Positions 1-9,324 are shown, counted from the stretch's first letter. The stretch: 32,000 nt of DNA from Candidatus Korarchaeum cryptofilum OPF8 (GCF_000019605.1 NC_010482.1:990001-1022000), one strand, 5' to 3'. Notes: generated by a model not told the origin, from the sequence alone. Made by a program: numbers and translations.

Positions 1-288
1 GTCTATATCCCTCCTCCAGTATTTTATTTTGAGAGATTCCGCTAGATCTATAGCGTCCTTAATATCTTCCTCCGGAGTCACCCTAGTGTCAGGGAGTATC
101 AGTCCGAATACCCTCTCGCTCCCCAGAGCATCGACGCAGAGCTTAGTCAGTACTGCTGAATCCACCCCTCCACTTATCCCCAGAACGATGCCCTCTGCTC
201 TCGACCCCGCCACCATTCCCCTGATGAATCCGGATATTATCTCCTTAACTTTCCCCATGTCCAGCTTGAGGGATTCCAGGGTGAGCAT
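1..288 (-). CDS. nadE: NH3-dependent NAD+ synthetase, N-terminal part (gene continues beyond the window start)
   Basis: Manual translation of the minus strand from ATG at 288: MLTLESLKLDMGKVKEIISGFIRGMVAGSRAEGIVLGISGGVDSAVLTKLCVDALG... It contains the PP-loop SGGxDS motif typical of NadE / N-type ATP pyrophosphatases. It is absent from the ORF track because it has no stop inside the window. Confidence 0.8.
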   Translation of the reverse strand, partial: MLTLESLKLDMGKVKEIISGFIRGMVAGSRAEGIVLGISGGVDSAVLTKLCVDALGSERVFGLILPDTRVTPEEDIKDAIDLAESLKIKYWRRDID

Positions 289-446
289 AGTACTTAACTA
301 TCTCCCTTCTTTTTAATGATGAAGGAGGCTCGAATTTTAAAGGCGAGGTTCTCGATTCCTTTATAGCTCACCCCCTGAATCTACGGCTCAGACCTTGGGG
401 AGGAACTTTTTTACGCTCTCATGCATCACGATACTGGTGCGTATCG

Positions 447-1034
447 ATGAACTGGCTTGGGGTCATCTCCCTTATCCTGTTCCTCTTAACGCTCACATCG
501 ACTTGGTGGTGGATGGATTGCTACTTACCCAACATCGGCGGCTATTTCAAGTACAATGGTAACCCCATAACCTTCGTGTGGTCCTCGGGAAACAGATCAT
601 CTCTCTCGCTATCCCTAGATATATTTAAGTGGCTATCTGAGGAGGGAAGGATCCCCCCAGGTGCATCTTACAGAATAGGCATCTCTAAATTCTTCTTAAT
701 GTTATGCACGCTCTTCATCTCTCTATCCCTCCTCTTCACAATTTACGCGATATTCAGTAAGTCCTCAAGGGCTTATTTCATAGCTGCAGCATTTGCTTTC
801 CTCTCCTTCCTTTTCTACGAGTTCTCCTTCCTCGCTCTAGAGGCTCCTAGGTCTGCTTTCCTCACGTTCCAATCGGATACAGGACAGAATTATGTGAGAT
901 GGGGGGAGGGTATTGGGAAGTATTTGGCCCTCCTCCTGACAATAACGCTCGTAGCTTCCGGATTCCTGAACAGCTACATCTATGAGAGGCCAATTCCCAG
1001 GAGAAGGCCGAGGAGGGGCAGGGGATACTGGTGA
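447..1034 (+). CDS. Hypothetical integral membrane protein (about 4-5 TM helices, basic RRRPRRGRG tail)
   Basis: 195-aa ORF with several hydrophobic stretches and no recognisable family motif. The downstream ORF starts at a GTGA overlap. Confidence 0.5.
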   Translation: MNWLGVISLILFLLTLTSTWWWMDCYLPNIGGYFKYNGNPITFVWSSGNRSSLSLSLDIFKWLSEEGRIPPGASYRIGISKFFLMLCTLFISLSLLFTIYAIFSKSSRAYFIAAAFAFLSFLFYEFSFLALEAPRSAFLTFQSDTGQNYVRWGEGIGKYLALLLTITLVASGFLNSYIYERPIPRRRPRRGRGYW

Positions 1035-1354
1035 TAGGTTCCCTGAGGAAGGAATTCGAGGAAGCTAAAAAGCTAGCAGCTCAAGATGAGGAGAGGGCAT
1101 TGAGCATCATCAGGGAAATATCGATACGCACGATGAAGCTCATGGCCCCTGAATGGGATTGTTCGATAAGCTTAGCTGAGTACTCAGCGACCAGAGGATA
1201 TCCTGATTTCTTCCTGGAGATGGCTGATAGGATAGAGGACTCATTCAAGTTCTGCCTAGAGGGATCGCAACTCAACTCTATTATAGCTTCCGCAGCTTTC
1301 CTGCTCAAGGTAGCTGAGAGGCTGCATTTGGGAGCGGAGAATGAGAGCCCTTAG
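1031..1354 (+). CDS. Hypothetical small helical protein
   Basis: 107-aa ORF with protein-like composition. Its GTG start overlaps the upstream stop (GTGA). The antisense 75-aa ORF (1081..1308) looks less protein-like. Confidence 0.4.
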   Translation: MIGSLRKEFEEAKKLAAQDEERALSIIREISIRTMKLMAPEWDCSISLAEYSATRGYPDFFLEMADRIEDSFKFCLEGSQLNSIIASAAFLLKVAERLHLGAENESP

Positions 1355-2112
1355 ATGAACCTTATCCTCTCGGAGCCCGCTATATCAGCGTATACCTCCA
1401 CGAACCTCTCGAACCTCGTCCCCCTTATCTTCTTCAGTAGGATCTCCTCTATCTGGAAGGTCCCGCTGGGGTCCTTCATCCCCACGGTTATCCTCAGGGG
1501 CTTCTCCTCACCCCTCCCTATATCGACCCTCTCCACAGCTAAAGCTGAGAACTTATGGATATCATGACGGCCCAATTGGAAGGGAATCCTAGCTCTCTCC
1601 TTCTCCATATCGCATCCATCGGCTGTCGCCACTATACCGGCTTCTAAGCTCGTGGGCTCGAACCTCCCCATGTGGCACATTATGGCTTCGTATATCATAC
1701 TGCCTATTTTAACGGCCTTCGAGCTATCATCGTAAAAATCGGAGAGTATCTCCTCTACGAATGGCTTAGCAAGGAAAACGCTGAGTATCTCATGCTCCTC
1801 TCTCATAATAGAGTTCCCTATGTCATGGAGGAAGCTGGCTGTCATGACTATGAGTTTAGAGTCCTCGAGATCGCGCCAATCCTCGTTGACCACCTCCTCA
1901 GATAATATGTCTAGGATCTTCAGGGAGTTCCTGGTGGTTATCATAGCGTGCATCATACCGTGATCGTTATACTTGAGCCTGTGAACGAGGACTATATTTG
2001 ACATCTCTAGGAGGCCCCTTATCCTAGGGTCTCCCTTGAGATAATCAAATATCCTGATGAGTTTCTCGGATTTCAAGAACCCTAATATCTCCTCTTCTAA
2101 TTCAGGAATCAT
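1351..2112 (-). CDS. HD-domain metal-dependent phosphohydrolase
   Basis: H...HD signature (GMMHAMITT ... SFLHDIGN). I moved the start to the internal ATG at 2112, which forms an ATGA overlap with the stop of the upstream 2109..2435 gene. Confidence 0.75.
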   Translation of the reverse strand: MIPELEEEILGFLKSEKLIRIFDYLKGDPRIRGLLEMSNIVLVHRLKYNDHGMMHAMITTRNSLKILDILSEEVVNEDWRDLEDSKLIVMTASFLHDIGNSIMREEHEILSVFLAKPFVEEILSDFYDDSSKAVKIGSMIYEAIMCHMGRFEPTSLEAGIVATADGCDMEKERARIPFQLGRHDIHKFSALAVERVDIGRGEEKPLRITVGMKDPSGTFQIEEILLKKIRGTRFERFVEVYADIAGSERIRFI

Positions 2113-2435
2113 TTCCGGACTCCCAATCTCTTCAGAGCCTCCAATATCATCTCCTTCGGAGGGAAGCTGTAAACAGCGCCTTTCCACTTATACAGCCTCG
2201 TGCACGCAGCCCTGTAAATCCCTTTATCCTCGAAGTTAGGATCCACATCCACGCCGTTTATCCTCACAGTAGGTACCCCGAGGACTTTATGCTCCACTGC
2301 CTCATCATCACTCGCTAAAACTATCTCCTCTATCTCACAGGATATGCCGGCCTCAGATAACGTTTCCCTCAATTCCTTGAGGAACTCATCAGCCGGGCAC
2401 TCAGGAGTATAGTATACCGATACCTTTGCGCTCAT
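2109..2435 (-). CDS. Small thioredoxin-fold-like protein (possibly DUF2703-like); function unknown
   Basis: 108-aa ORF with beta-alpha-beta-like periodicity (VSVYYTPECP..., GVPTVRINGVDV). It has a single Cys in place of a CxxC motif. The family assignment is from memory only. Confidence 0.45.
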   Translation of the reverse strand: MSAKVSVYYTPECPADEFLKELRETLSEAGISCEIEEIVLASDDEAVEHKVLGVPTVRINGVDVDPNFEDKGIYRAACTRLYKWKGAVYSFPPKEMILEALKRLGVRK

Positions 2436-2492
2436 ATGATTAATTGACCATTACCCTTTTTTTATCTTTCCGGTGAGAGACGATGAAGTAAC

Positions 2493-3917
2493 ATGATACC
2501 CTCCCATGTGCATGAGGATCCTCTCGCTTTCCTGAGACCATCCGAGAATACTGAGAGGTTTTTGGCCCATTTAATAGACTTAATTGTGATAACTATGATT
2601 CAGGTGCCACTAATTATCCTTTTGTTTGTGCAGCAGAGCTTAATGAACATCGTAATAGCCTCATCAATCGCGACTTTAACTTTCATTCTCTACTTCACAC
2701 TGTTAGAGGGTATCTTCTCCACGACGATAGGGAAGAGAGCGCTAGATCTCAAAGTGATATCATTGAATGGGATGTGCAGCCCCTCCCTGAGGGAATCTTT
2801 CCTAAGGAACACTTTCAGATTAGCGGACATCCTAGTTCTCTACCTACCTCTCTTCCTGATGAAAGGAGGAAGGAGGATCGGGGATCTGCTAGCTAATACA
2901 GCTGTTGTCTCAAAGAAATTCGTCAGGATAGAGCTCCCTCCCCCCGGATCTGGGCTAAGGAAAGAGGTAGGGGAGAGTATAGTTAAGGCCTTGTCCCTTA
3001 GGCTTGAGAGTCTGGATATTAAGCCTCAGGGAGTTCCTAGAGCTGAAATAAGGGAGTATGTAGCTCGGATCTTGGGGGAGGGGGAGGAGCTAGTGGATAG
3101 AGTAGCATACTTCATATCGAATCCCTCGCTGCAGCTCATGACATTGGGAGCTGAGGGCATCGCTGAGATATATGAGAGAGCATCGGAGCTCTGCTCAGGG
3201 GAGTGCAGCGAGATCTTGAGGAACAGAGCTAGAATAATAAGGGCCCTTTACAAAAAAGCCGAGAGAAGAGACAAGATTGGATTCTCCTGGGGAAGAGGCT
3301 TCAAGAGATTATCCCCTTACTTCCTGCTATCTATAGCTCTATTCCTGATATCATCCATCCTAGCTTATTATCTCAAGCCCGATTGGATGGAGAGCTTGAT
3401 CAAGGAGATATTCGGGAAGGATGTGATACCGAGTGAGGAGAGCCCCCTAACACTATCCACCGTGATATTCCTGAACAACCTCAGGGTGGTCCTAGCCACC
3501 CTCGGCTTAGCTCCTCTTATCTTCATGCCATTCGTCACTCTAACGGTAAACGGCTTCTTAGTTGGGTTCGTCCTGTCGATCTCAAGCGATCCCGCTAAAG
3601 CCTTACTCCTCATACTCCCCCATGGGGTACCGGAGCTCTCTTCCATCTTCCTCTCTACCGCCGTGGGCATCAGGGTCTCAAGGTATATGTTAGATAGTAA
3701 GAAGTGGCCCCGAGCTAGGGAAGCTGCTATGGAGTCCGTTGACCTCATGATCCTCTCTTTTATCGTTCTCCTCTACGCTGCATTCATCGAGGGTTTCGTA
3801 ACTAGATGGATCTCGAACTACCCTGCTTTAGATATAGCCTTCTCAATAGCTGAAGCTGTTATCATATACTTGATCCTCAGATCCTCTCCAAGTTCCTCAC
3901 GAGATCTGACTTCGTGA
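2493..3917 (+). CDS. Membrane protein fusing an N-terminal RDD-like domain to a C-terminal SpoIIM/DUF95-like domain
   Basis: The N-terminus (RFLAHLIDLIVI... plus TM helices, GRRIGDLLANT) resembles the RDD family. The C-terminus (LILPHGVPELSSIFLSTAVG, multiple TM helices) matches the PHG.xE motif of the stage II sporulation protein M family. Confidence 0.65.
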   Translation: MIPSHVHEDPLAFLRPSENTERFLAHLIDLIVITMIQVPLIILLFVQQSLMNIVIASSIATLTFILYFTLLEGIFSTTIGKRALDLKVISLNGMCSPSLRESFLRNTFRLADILVLYLPLFLMKGGRRIGDLLANTAVVSKKFVRIELPPPGSGLRKEVGESIVKALSLRLESLDIKPQGVPRAEIREYVARILGEGEELVDRVAYFISNPSLQLMTLGAEGIAEIYERASELCSGECSEILRNRARIIRALYKKAERRDKIGFSWGRGFKRLSPYFLLSIALFLISSILAYYLKPDWMESLIKEIFGKDVIPSEESPLTLSTVIFLNNLRVVLATLGLAPLIFMPFVTLTVNGFLVGFVLSISSDPAKALLLILPHGVPELSSIFLSTAVGIRVSRYMLDSKKWPRAREAAMESVDLMILSFIVLLYAAFIEGFVTRWISNYPALDIAFSIAEAVIIYLILRSSPSSSRDLTS

Positions 3918-4428
3918 CTATCCCCACTATACCTCCATTCTCTTGTATCAGGACCGCTTGGTAGTAGAGGAGCGCCTCCTTTATCAGTGCGACAGAAGTA
4001 TCCGGGGGGAATATTGGAAAAGGGCTCCCCATGACTTCCTCCACCAGCGTCTCCATCGATATAGAGCCCATCCTGTTTATTATCGCTTCCTCCGTCAATG
4101 AACCTACGACCTTCCCATTCGAAATCACCGGAAGTTGAGATATACCGTGCTCCTCCATGAGAGATATCGCCTTCTTCAAGCTATCCTTAGGGGAGACGCT
4201 TATGACGGGGGAGCTCATTATCTCCCTAGCTCTAGAGAGTCCTTTCTTTTCCCTCACGAGCTCCAGAGCTCTGATTATCCTCAAAGCTACATCGTAATTC
4301 GGGACCATCTGACCATTCTCCACCTTCGAAATGAGGGATTGGCTCACTCCGGCCATTTTTGCTAGCTCCCTCTGGCTTATCCCCAGCAATTTCCTTTCCT
4401 TTCCGAGGGAGCTCAGATCCCTCAGCAT
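3877..4428 (-). CDS. Transcriptional regulator: XRE-type HTH fused to a CBS-domain pair
   Basis: The N-terminal LLGISQRELAKMAGVSQSLISKVENGQMVPNYD is a classic Cro/C1 HTH. It is followed by two CBS-like repeats (IMSSPVISVSP...ISQLPV; VMGSPFPIFPP...GIVGIVTKSDL). Confidence 0.8.
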   Translation of the reverse strand: MLRDLSSLGKERKLLGISQRELAKMAGVSQSLISKVENGQMVPNYDVALRIIRALELVREKKGLSRAREIMSSPVISVSPKDSLKKAISLMEEHGISQLPVISNGKVVGSLTEEAIINRMGSISMETLVEEVMGSPFPIFPPDTSVALIKEALLYYQAVLIQENGGIVGIVTKSDLVRNLERI

Positions 4429-4468
4429 ATTCCTATTGGAATCATTTATTATTTAAACTTTTAAATCG

Positions 4469-5569
4469 GTGATTCTCGCCCCTACTATGTCAGATTTCTC
4501 GCCTATCGAGGTCCCAATATATATGACAGCTACTTTCCAGAATCCTCTACCTTCAGGAAAACCTAATATCTCCCGGAGGGGCAAGGAGTTGAAGTACTCG
4601 AGAGAAGAGAACCCGACTGTCGAGGAGCTCGAGAGGATAGTGGCTTCCCTCGATGGATACGATGATTGCTTGGCTTTCAACAGCGGTATGGCATCTATCT
4701 CAACGCTCTTCCTATCCAGGTACAGGAAGAGGATCGTGGTTAATTTAGATTCCTACTCGGCCACAGTAGGTTTGGCGCTCCGCCTAAAGGCTATGGGTTT
4801 CGATATCGAGATATGCAGCACCGATCATCTTGGGGAGTGCATCAAGCCGGGGAGCTTAGTCTTCACCGAATCGATAACGAATCCTCTACTCAGAGTACCT
4901 GATTTGGAGATGCTGAGGGATTCCTGCATAGATAAGGGCGCTGAATTCATCATAGATAACACATCTGCGACTCCTGTCCTGCTGAAACCCTCTCTCTTCT
5001 CAGATCTATCAATACAGAGCGCTACAAAGTACCTCAGTGGTACGAACGATACCGTGGGAGGAGTAGTATCCGGTAACGAATTATCAGAGTTATGGGAATG
5101 GAGGAGGGTCCTGGGGAGCATATTGGATCCATTCAGGGCGTTCCTCATAATTAGGGGGGTCAAAACTCTTGAACTCAGGATGAGGAGACATTGTGAGACA
5201 GCGCTTACTTTAGCTAGATGGCTCCAAGATCATCCCAAGGTGAAGGAGGTGATATATCCCGGATTGGAGACGCACAAAGATCATCAGATAGCTAAGAGGC
5301 TCCTCAAGGGATTCGGTGGGATTATTTCCTTCAGGATAAATGGGGATGCGAGGAAGTTCCTGATGAACCTCAGGAAGATAAAGAGAGCCACGAGCTTCGG
5401 AGCATCTATATCGCTAGCGAGCATACCTCATGGATCAGCTTCCTCTAACTTGACTGAGGACCTCATTAAGGCTAGTGGGATAGATGGGAGCTTGATAAGG
5501 CTCTCAGTTGGACTTGAGGATCCGGAAATTTTGATAGAGGACCTTGACTCTTCTCTGAAAGGAATTTAG
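4469..5569 (+). CDS. Cys/Met-metabolism PLP-dependent enzyme (cystathionine gamma-synthase / lyase / sulfhydrylase family)
   Basis: Family motifs YSREENPTVEELE and SATKYLSGTNDTVGG (PLP lysine), with a length of about 360 aa. The true start may be the ATG at 4487 (MSDFSP...). Confidence 0.85.
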   Translation: MILAPTMSDFSPIEVPIYMTATFQNPLPSGKPNISRRGKELKYSREENPTVEELERIVASLDGYDDCLAFNSGMASISTLFLSRYRKRIVVNLDSYSATVGLALRLKAMGFDIEICSTDHLGECIKPGSLVFTESITNPLLRVPDLEMLRDSCIDKGAEFIIDNTSATPVLLKPSLFSDLSIQSATKYLSGTNDTVGGVVSGNELSELWEWRRVLGSILDPFRAFLIIRGVKTLELRMRRHCETALTLARWLQDHPKVKEVIYPGLETHKDHQIAKRLLKGFGGIISFRINGDARKFLMNLRKIKRATSFGASISLASIPHGSASSNLTEDLIKASGIDGSLIRLSVGLEDPEILIEDLDSSLKGI

Positions 5570-5664
5570 CCTGAACTGACTCCTCAATTTTGAGTGCTGA
5601 GATTGTGCGAAGATCCCGAAGGATCAAATTTAATTAGTTCTACGACAGTCCATCCGAGGCTCGC

Positions 5665-6591
5665 ATGGAGCTAGAAGTGCTGAAGAAGCTCCTGGAGAGC
5701 AATACTGAGAGGACCTCCAACCCATTGGGTGTGAGTGAGAGGGAATGCGGAAAATGGGCGAGGGATCTGGGTATACCTGAGAGGGGAGAGGTGCTCCTCT
5801 ATACTGGATGCTTATATCAGATGGCCCCTCAGATAGAGCTATTCTCAGACCTCCTGAGGAGATTCGAATCCATCGGACCCAGCTTCCTGGATCTCTCAAT
5901 GAGGCTTTACGCTTCCTTCCTCTCTATGGGGATTGATATATCAGCTCCGATTAGGTTCATGAAAAAGAAGGACAGGTACCTCAATATATTGAGGAATATA
6001 GCATATGCTTTGAGGGAATCTGGTGTAAAATTCGCATGCTTGAGGGAGGAGCCTTACAATGGAGTTCTCTACCATGATCTGGGGCTCGACGAACTATTCG
6101 AGAGGCAGATGATGAGAGTAGCGGAGAAAATAAGGGAAGCTGGAGCTAAGAAAGTGATAACTATAGATCCCCACAGCACTTACATGCTGAAGTATCATCT
6201 AGCTGAATACATTGATATCGAGGTATTCCATTACTCTGAGATACTCCTGAAGGGATACGAGCCCGCGAGAAAGGAGCTCGAGGCAACTATTCACGATCCC
6301 TGCTACCTAGCTAGATGGAGCGATTCCACTGAGCAGATAAGGGAACTATTGAGAAAGGCTGGAGTTGTTTTGAGAGAACCTGAATTCTCCAGAAAATTCA
6401 CTGGGTGTTGTGGAGGACCAATAGAATCCATTTTCCCTGATTTAGCTTCTAAAATAGCTGAAAAGAGGTTAGAGGAACTGAAGTCCACTGGAGCTAGCAA
6501 GATAATAGTAGCATGCCCCATCTGTCTCCTCAACTTGAAGAAAGTTTCCGGAGGTTTAGAAGTATTAGATCTCGCGGAGGTGATAGTATGA
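5665..6591 (+). CDS. LutA/YkgE-like Fe-S oxidoreductase subunit with two cysteine-rich CCG domains
   Basis: Two CCG-type repeats (YTGCLYQ..., DPCYLARW..., TGCCGGP, ACPICLLNL). It has an ATGA overlap with the next gene. Confidence 0.7.
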   Translation: MELEVLKKLLESNTERTSNPLGVSERECGKWARDLGIPERGEVLLYTGCLYQMAPQIELFSDLLRRFESIGPSFLDLSMRLYASFLSMGIDISAPIRFMKKKDRYLNILRNIAYALRESGVKFACLREEPYNGVLYHDLGLDELFERQMMRVAEKIREAGAKKVITIDPHSTYMLKYHLAEYIDIEVFHYSEILLKGYEPARKELEATIHDPCYLARWSDSTEQIRELLRKAGVVLREPEFSRKFTGCCGGPIESIFPDLASKIAEKRLEELKSTGASKIIVACPICLLNLKKVSGGLEVLDLAEVIV

Positions 6592-7760
6592 ACTTGAGGG
6601 AAGTTAGCTCCCTCTTGATGGAAGCGAGCTCCAACAGTTTCTTGAGGACCTCGCTGGATAGAGCTAACCTCTCATACTGGGAGCTGAGGAAGAGCGTGTT
6701 CTCAAAGTACCCTTATCTGAAGGATCTAGCTGACAAAGTGAGGGAAGTCAAGGAGAGCTCATTGGAGAGGATGGAGGAGCTCACTCATATCGCTATGGAG
6801 AGCGTGGAGAGGAACGGTGGTTTCGCTTACCTGGCTAGGACGCCCGATGAAGCTAGGAGGATCGTAGATGAGATAGTGGGCGATGGCAAAGTCATAGTGA
6901 AGGGGAAGAGTATAACGAGCGAGGAATTGGGGCTCAGGGAGCACTTAGCGAGTAGGGGAAAGGAAGTCTATGAGACGGACCTGGGTGAGTTCTTAGTTCA
7001 GTTCATAGGTCCGAAATCCATGCACTTCATATCCGTATCCATCCACCTGACCAGGGAGAGGGTCGCCGAGTTCCTGAGGGGTTTCATGGGGGAGGAAGTC
7101 GATAAGGATGATATAGAGGGCATGGTTTCTCTAGTCAGGAAGTTCCTGAGGAGGAAGTACTTCGAGGCGGATATAGGGATGAGCGGCGTTAATGCCTTCG
7201 CCGCAGATGAGGGATGCGGCTTCATAATAGAGAACGAATCTAATGTGAGGCTCTCCATATCGTTACCTAGGAAGCATATAATGCTCGTTGGCATGGAGAA
7301 GGTTTTGCCTACGATGCTGGATGCCTGGAGGGCTGTGGAAGTCATAACTAGGTATAACGGGTACAAGGTATCATCTTACGTTAACATCGTGAGAGGACCT
7401 CAGAAGGATGGGTTCGGGCCGAGAGAGCTTCATGTGATATTCCTAGATAATGGGAGGGTCGAGAGCTCCCGGGATCCAGTTTTGAAAGAGGCCTTACTCT
7501 GCCTCAGGTGCGGGGCCTGCCAGTACTTGTGTCCCGTCTTCTGGATAGTCGGAGGTTACTGGGGAGGATTGAAATCCGTCTACTCCGGTGGGATAGGGGT
7601 TATATGGGAGTACATAACTGGAAGCAAAGAGGAGGCGACGAAGCATTCCTTCGCATGTCTCCTCTGCGGTAGATGTAAGGAGGCCTGCCCCATGCGGATA
7701 GATCAGCAGAAGATACTCAGGGAGATCAGGAGAAGGGGGTACAGTGTTAAGGCCCCCTAG
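6588..7760 (+). CDS. LutB/YkgF-like protein: LUD (DUF162) domain plus 2x[4Fe-4S] ferredoxin motifs
   Basis: CLRCGACQYLCP and CLLCGRCKEACP are CxxCxxCxxxCP motifs, and the N-terminal two-thirds is LUD-like. I moved the start to the ATG at 6588, which forms an ATGA overlap with the upstream stop. Confidence 0.75.
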   Translation: MNLREVSSLLMEASSNSFLRTSLDRANLSYWELRKSVFSKYPYLKDLADKVREVKESSLERMEELTHIAMESVERNGGFAYLARTPDEARRIVDEIVGDGKVIVKGKSITSEELGLREHLASRGKEVYETDLGEFLVQFIGPKSMHFISVSIHLTRERVAEFLRGFMGEEVDKDDIEGMVSLVRKFLRRKYFEADIGMSGVNAFAADEGCGFIIENESNVRLSISLPRKHIMLVGMEKVLPTMLDAWRAVEVITRYNGYKVSSYVNIVRGPQKDGFGPRELHVIFLDNGRVESSRDPVLKEALLCLRCGACQYLCPVFWIVGGYWGGLKSVYSGGIGVIWEYITGSKEEATKHSFACLLCGRCKEACPMRIDQQKILREIRRRGYSVKAP

Positions 7761-7803
7761 CCACTTCATTCTAATCATCCAAGCATTCTGCTGAGGCCTC
7801 AGG

Positions 7804-8784
7804 CTAGAGGAGCTTCAGTAAGGGAGTTATGTCTATACCCAGGCATTCCGTCAATCTTCTATCGATCAGGTATTTCGCTAACTCCCCGGAGCGATCCATC
7901 CCGAGTATTTTCTTCCAGAATGGCCAGAGCTGAGGGCACGGTATTTTCCCCAGCAAGGGAAGAGATAGTGCATCTTTGAAGGGACCTCTCATATGCTCTC
8001 TCCTTCCATCATCTAGAATTATGACGTGGACTTCCTTCGGTCCATGAGCGCCGTAAACTACCTTCTTCTCTATATCACCCGTCTTGCTGGGGCCGCCGAC
8101 TACTCCAGCGTAATTGTAACCCTTACTGAGCATCGCGAGCTCCACGATCCTGAAACCCTCCTCATAACTAGGAGCTAGCTGATCCAAGCCAACTAGAGCT
8201 ATGTGCTTCAGCGGTGCCATTGAGATGAGCCTCTCTAAGCCGCTACTTGGGAGGAGGAAGAGGGCCCCTGGATCCACTGAGAGAGCCGCTACATCGGTGA
8301 TTCCAAAATCTGCCCTCTCTATCTTCTCCCTGTAGTCGCTAAGATCCCCTCCTCTCAGTTCCTTGAGCAGCAGCGGGTACTCCGTATCGTAAACTTCATT
8401 GCCTTCCCTGACTAAATGCTCACCCACGCCACATTCTTCGAGTACGAGAGCGAAAGATTTGAAAACTACTTTCCCACTTCCTACTATTTCCCTTACAATT
8501 TTTCCAGCATCTTCCCGAGTCTCCGCTATATAGCACTTCATCCTGTTCTCCTCTAGCCCCCTGCAGGCATTATTTAGCATCGAATCTACGGATATTTCAC
8601 TCCTAGACCTCATCACGGAGTTCAATAGCTCTGAAGGAGGATTCCCATACGAGGAGTATGATCTGATGAACTCAGCGACCTTCCCAGTGAGCTCCCAGGA
8701 CAGTACTTTATCTATGAGCTCTAAATTAGATTCCAGCTTGGATCCCGTGATCTCTGAGTTCGCGAGCGAGTAGAGGAGACTCAT
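7804..8784 (-). CDS. LUD-domain protein, a LutB paralog lacking the ferredoxin cysteines
   Basis: It aligns by eye to the 6588..7760 product: GKIVREIVGSGKVVFKS vs RRIVDEIVGDGKVIVKG, and GPKEVHVIILDDGR vs GPRELHVIFLDNGR. Its ferredoxin region reads DALSLPLLGKIPCP. The ATG at 8784 is preferred over the TTG at 8802. Confidence 0.65.
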   Translation of the reverse strand: MSLLYSLANSEITGSKLESNLELIDKVLSWELTGKVAEFIRSYSSYGNPPSELLNSVMRSRSEISVDSMLNNACRGLEENRMKCYIAETREDAGKIVREIVGSGKVVFKSFALVLEECGVGEHLVREGNEVYDTEYPLLLKELRGGDLSDYREKIERADFGITDVAALSVDPGALFLLPSSGLERLISMAPLKHIALVGLDQLAPSYEEGFRIVELAMLSKGYNYAGVVGGPSKTGDIEKKVVYGAHGPKEVHVIILDDGRREHMRGPFKDALSLPLLGKIPCPQLWPFWKKILGMDRSGELAKYLIDRRLTECLGIDITPLLKLL

Positions 8785-8830
8785 CTGGAGGGATGCTCCC
8801 AAGAAGATATAAAAGTTTCAGTGCAATCCT

Positions 8831-9244
8831 TCAGGAGGTGTGTTCAGATATCTCGAGTTCCTCAAATCTACTCCCGGATAACTTGAACGCTTTGAAGTCT
8901 CCGCTTCCTGAGACTATGAGATAGATGAAGCCCGGAATCGCTCTCTCCTCATCGATCTTCGAGGGAGTAGGCGTCCCGACTGGATGGCTGTGATAGACCC
9001 CAATTAACTCTAGACCGGAGGATTCAGCCTCCTTTATAGCCCTATAAATATCTTGGGGATCAACTTCGTATAGCAATTGCGACCCGCTTATATTCCCAGC
9101 CCTGTGAATACCCTTCACTATGACTCTAGAGCCCTCTATATGCCCTATGATCAGTCCGCAAGCTTCTCTCGGCATCTCTTCCATCGAATGCCTCAGTATC
9201 TCCTCAATTATATGCCTAGGGATCTCCACTCTCAGCGGCTTCAC
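8831..9244 (-). CDS. JAB1/MPN/Mov34 (JAMM) metalloprotease
   Basis: JAMM motif: E (PREACGLIIG) ... HSHPVGTPTPSKID (HxHx7Sx2D). The 137-aa size is typical of stand-alone archaeal JAMM proteins. GTG start. Confidence 0.8.
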   Translation of the reverse strand: MKPLRVEIPRHIIEEILRHSMEEMPREACGLIIGHIEGSRVIVKGIHRAGNISGSQLLYEVDPQDIYRAIKEAESSGLELIGVYHSHPVGTPTPSKIDEERAIPGFIYLIVSGSGDFKAFKLSGSRFEELEISEHTS

Positions 9245-9324
9245 CCCCGGATATTAGGTAAGCATTATAAGTAAGCCGGCCCCTTAGCTCATTATGGATT
9301 TATCCACGTCGGGGGGTCGGGGCT

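Noticed and set aside
29-316. 95-aa plus-strand ORF from the track
   Set aside because: It is Ser/Pro/Leu-rich with low complexity. It lies exactly antisense to a clear NadE N-terminus with the SGGVDS PP-loop.
316-378. Possible C/D-box sRNA (AUGAUGA at 316-322, CUGA at 375-378)
   Set aside because: There are no credible internal D'/C' boxes at the required spacing and no terminal stem. It lies in a divergent promoter region, so the match is probably chance.
2113-2187. N-terminal extension of the HD-domain ORF
   Set aside because: It overlaps the upstream gene by 79 nt. The internal ATG at 2112 gives a clean ATGA junction.
3368-3748. 126-aa minus-strand ORF inside the RDD/SpoIIM gene; similar antisense ORFs occur at 4825..5163, 6998..7366, 9902..10321, 10322..10780, 13088..13555, 16464..16901, 21709..23103 and 28005..28733
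   Set aside because: All lie within, and antisense or out of frame to, genes with strong family motifs. Their compositions are Ser/Leu/Pro/Arg-biased.
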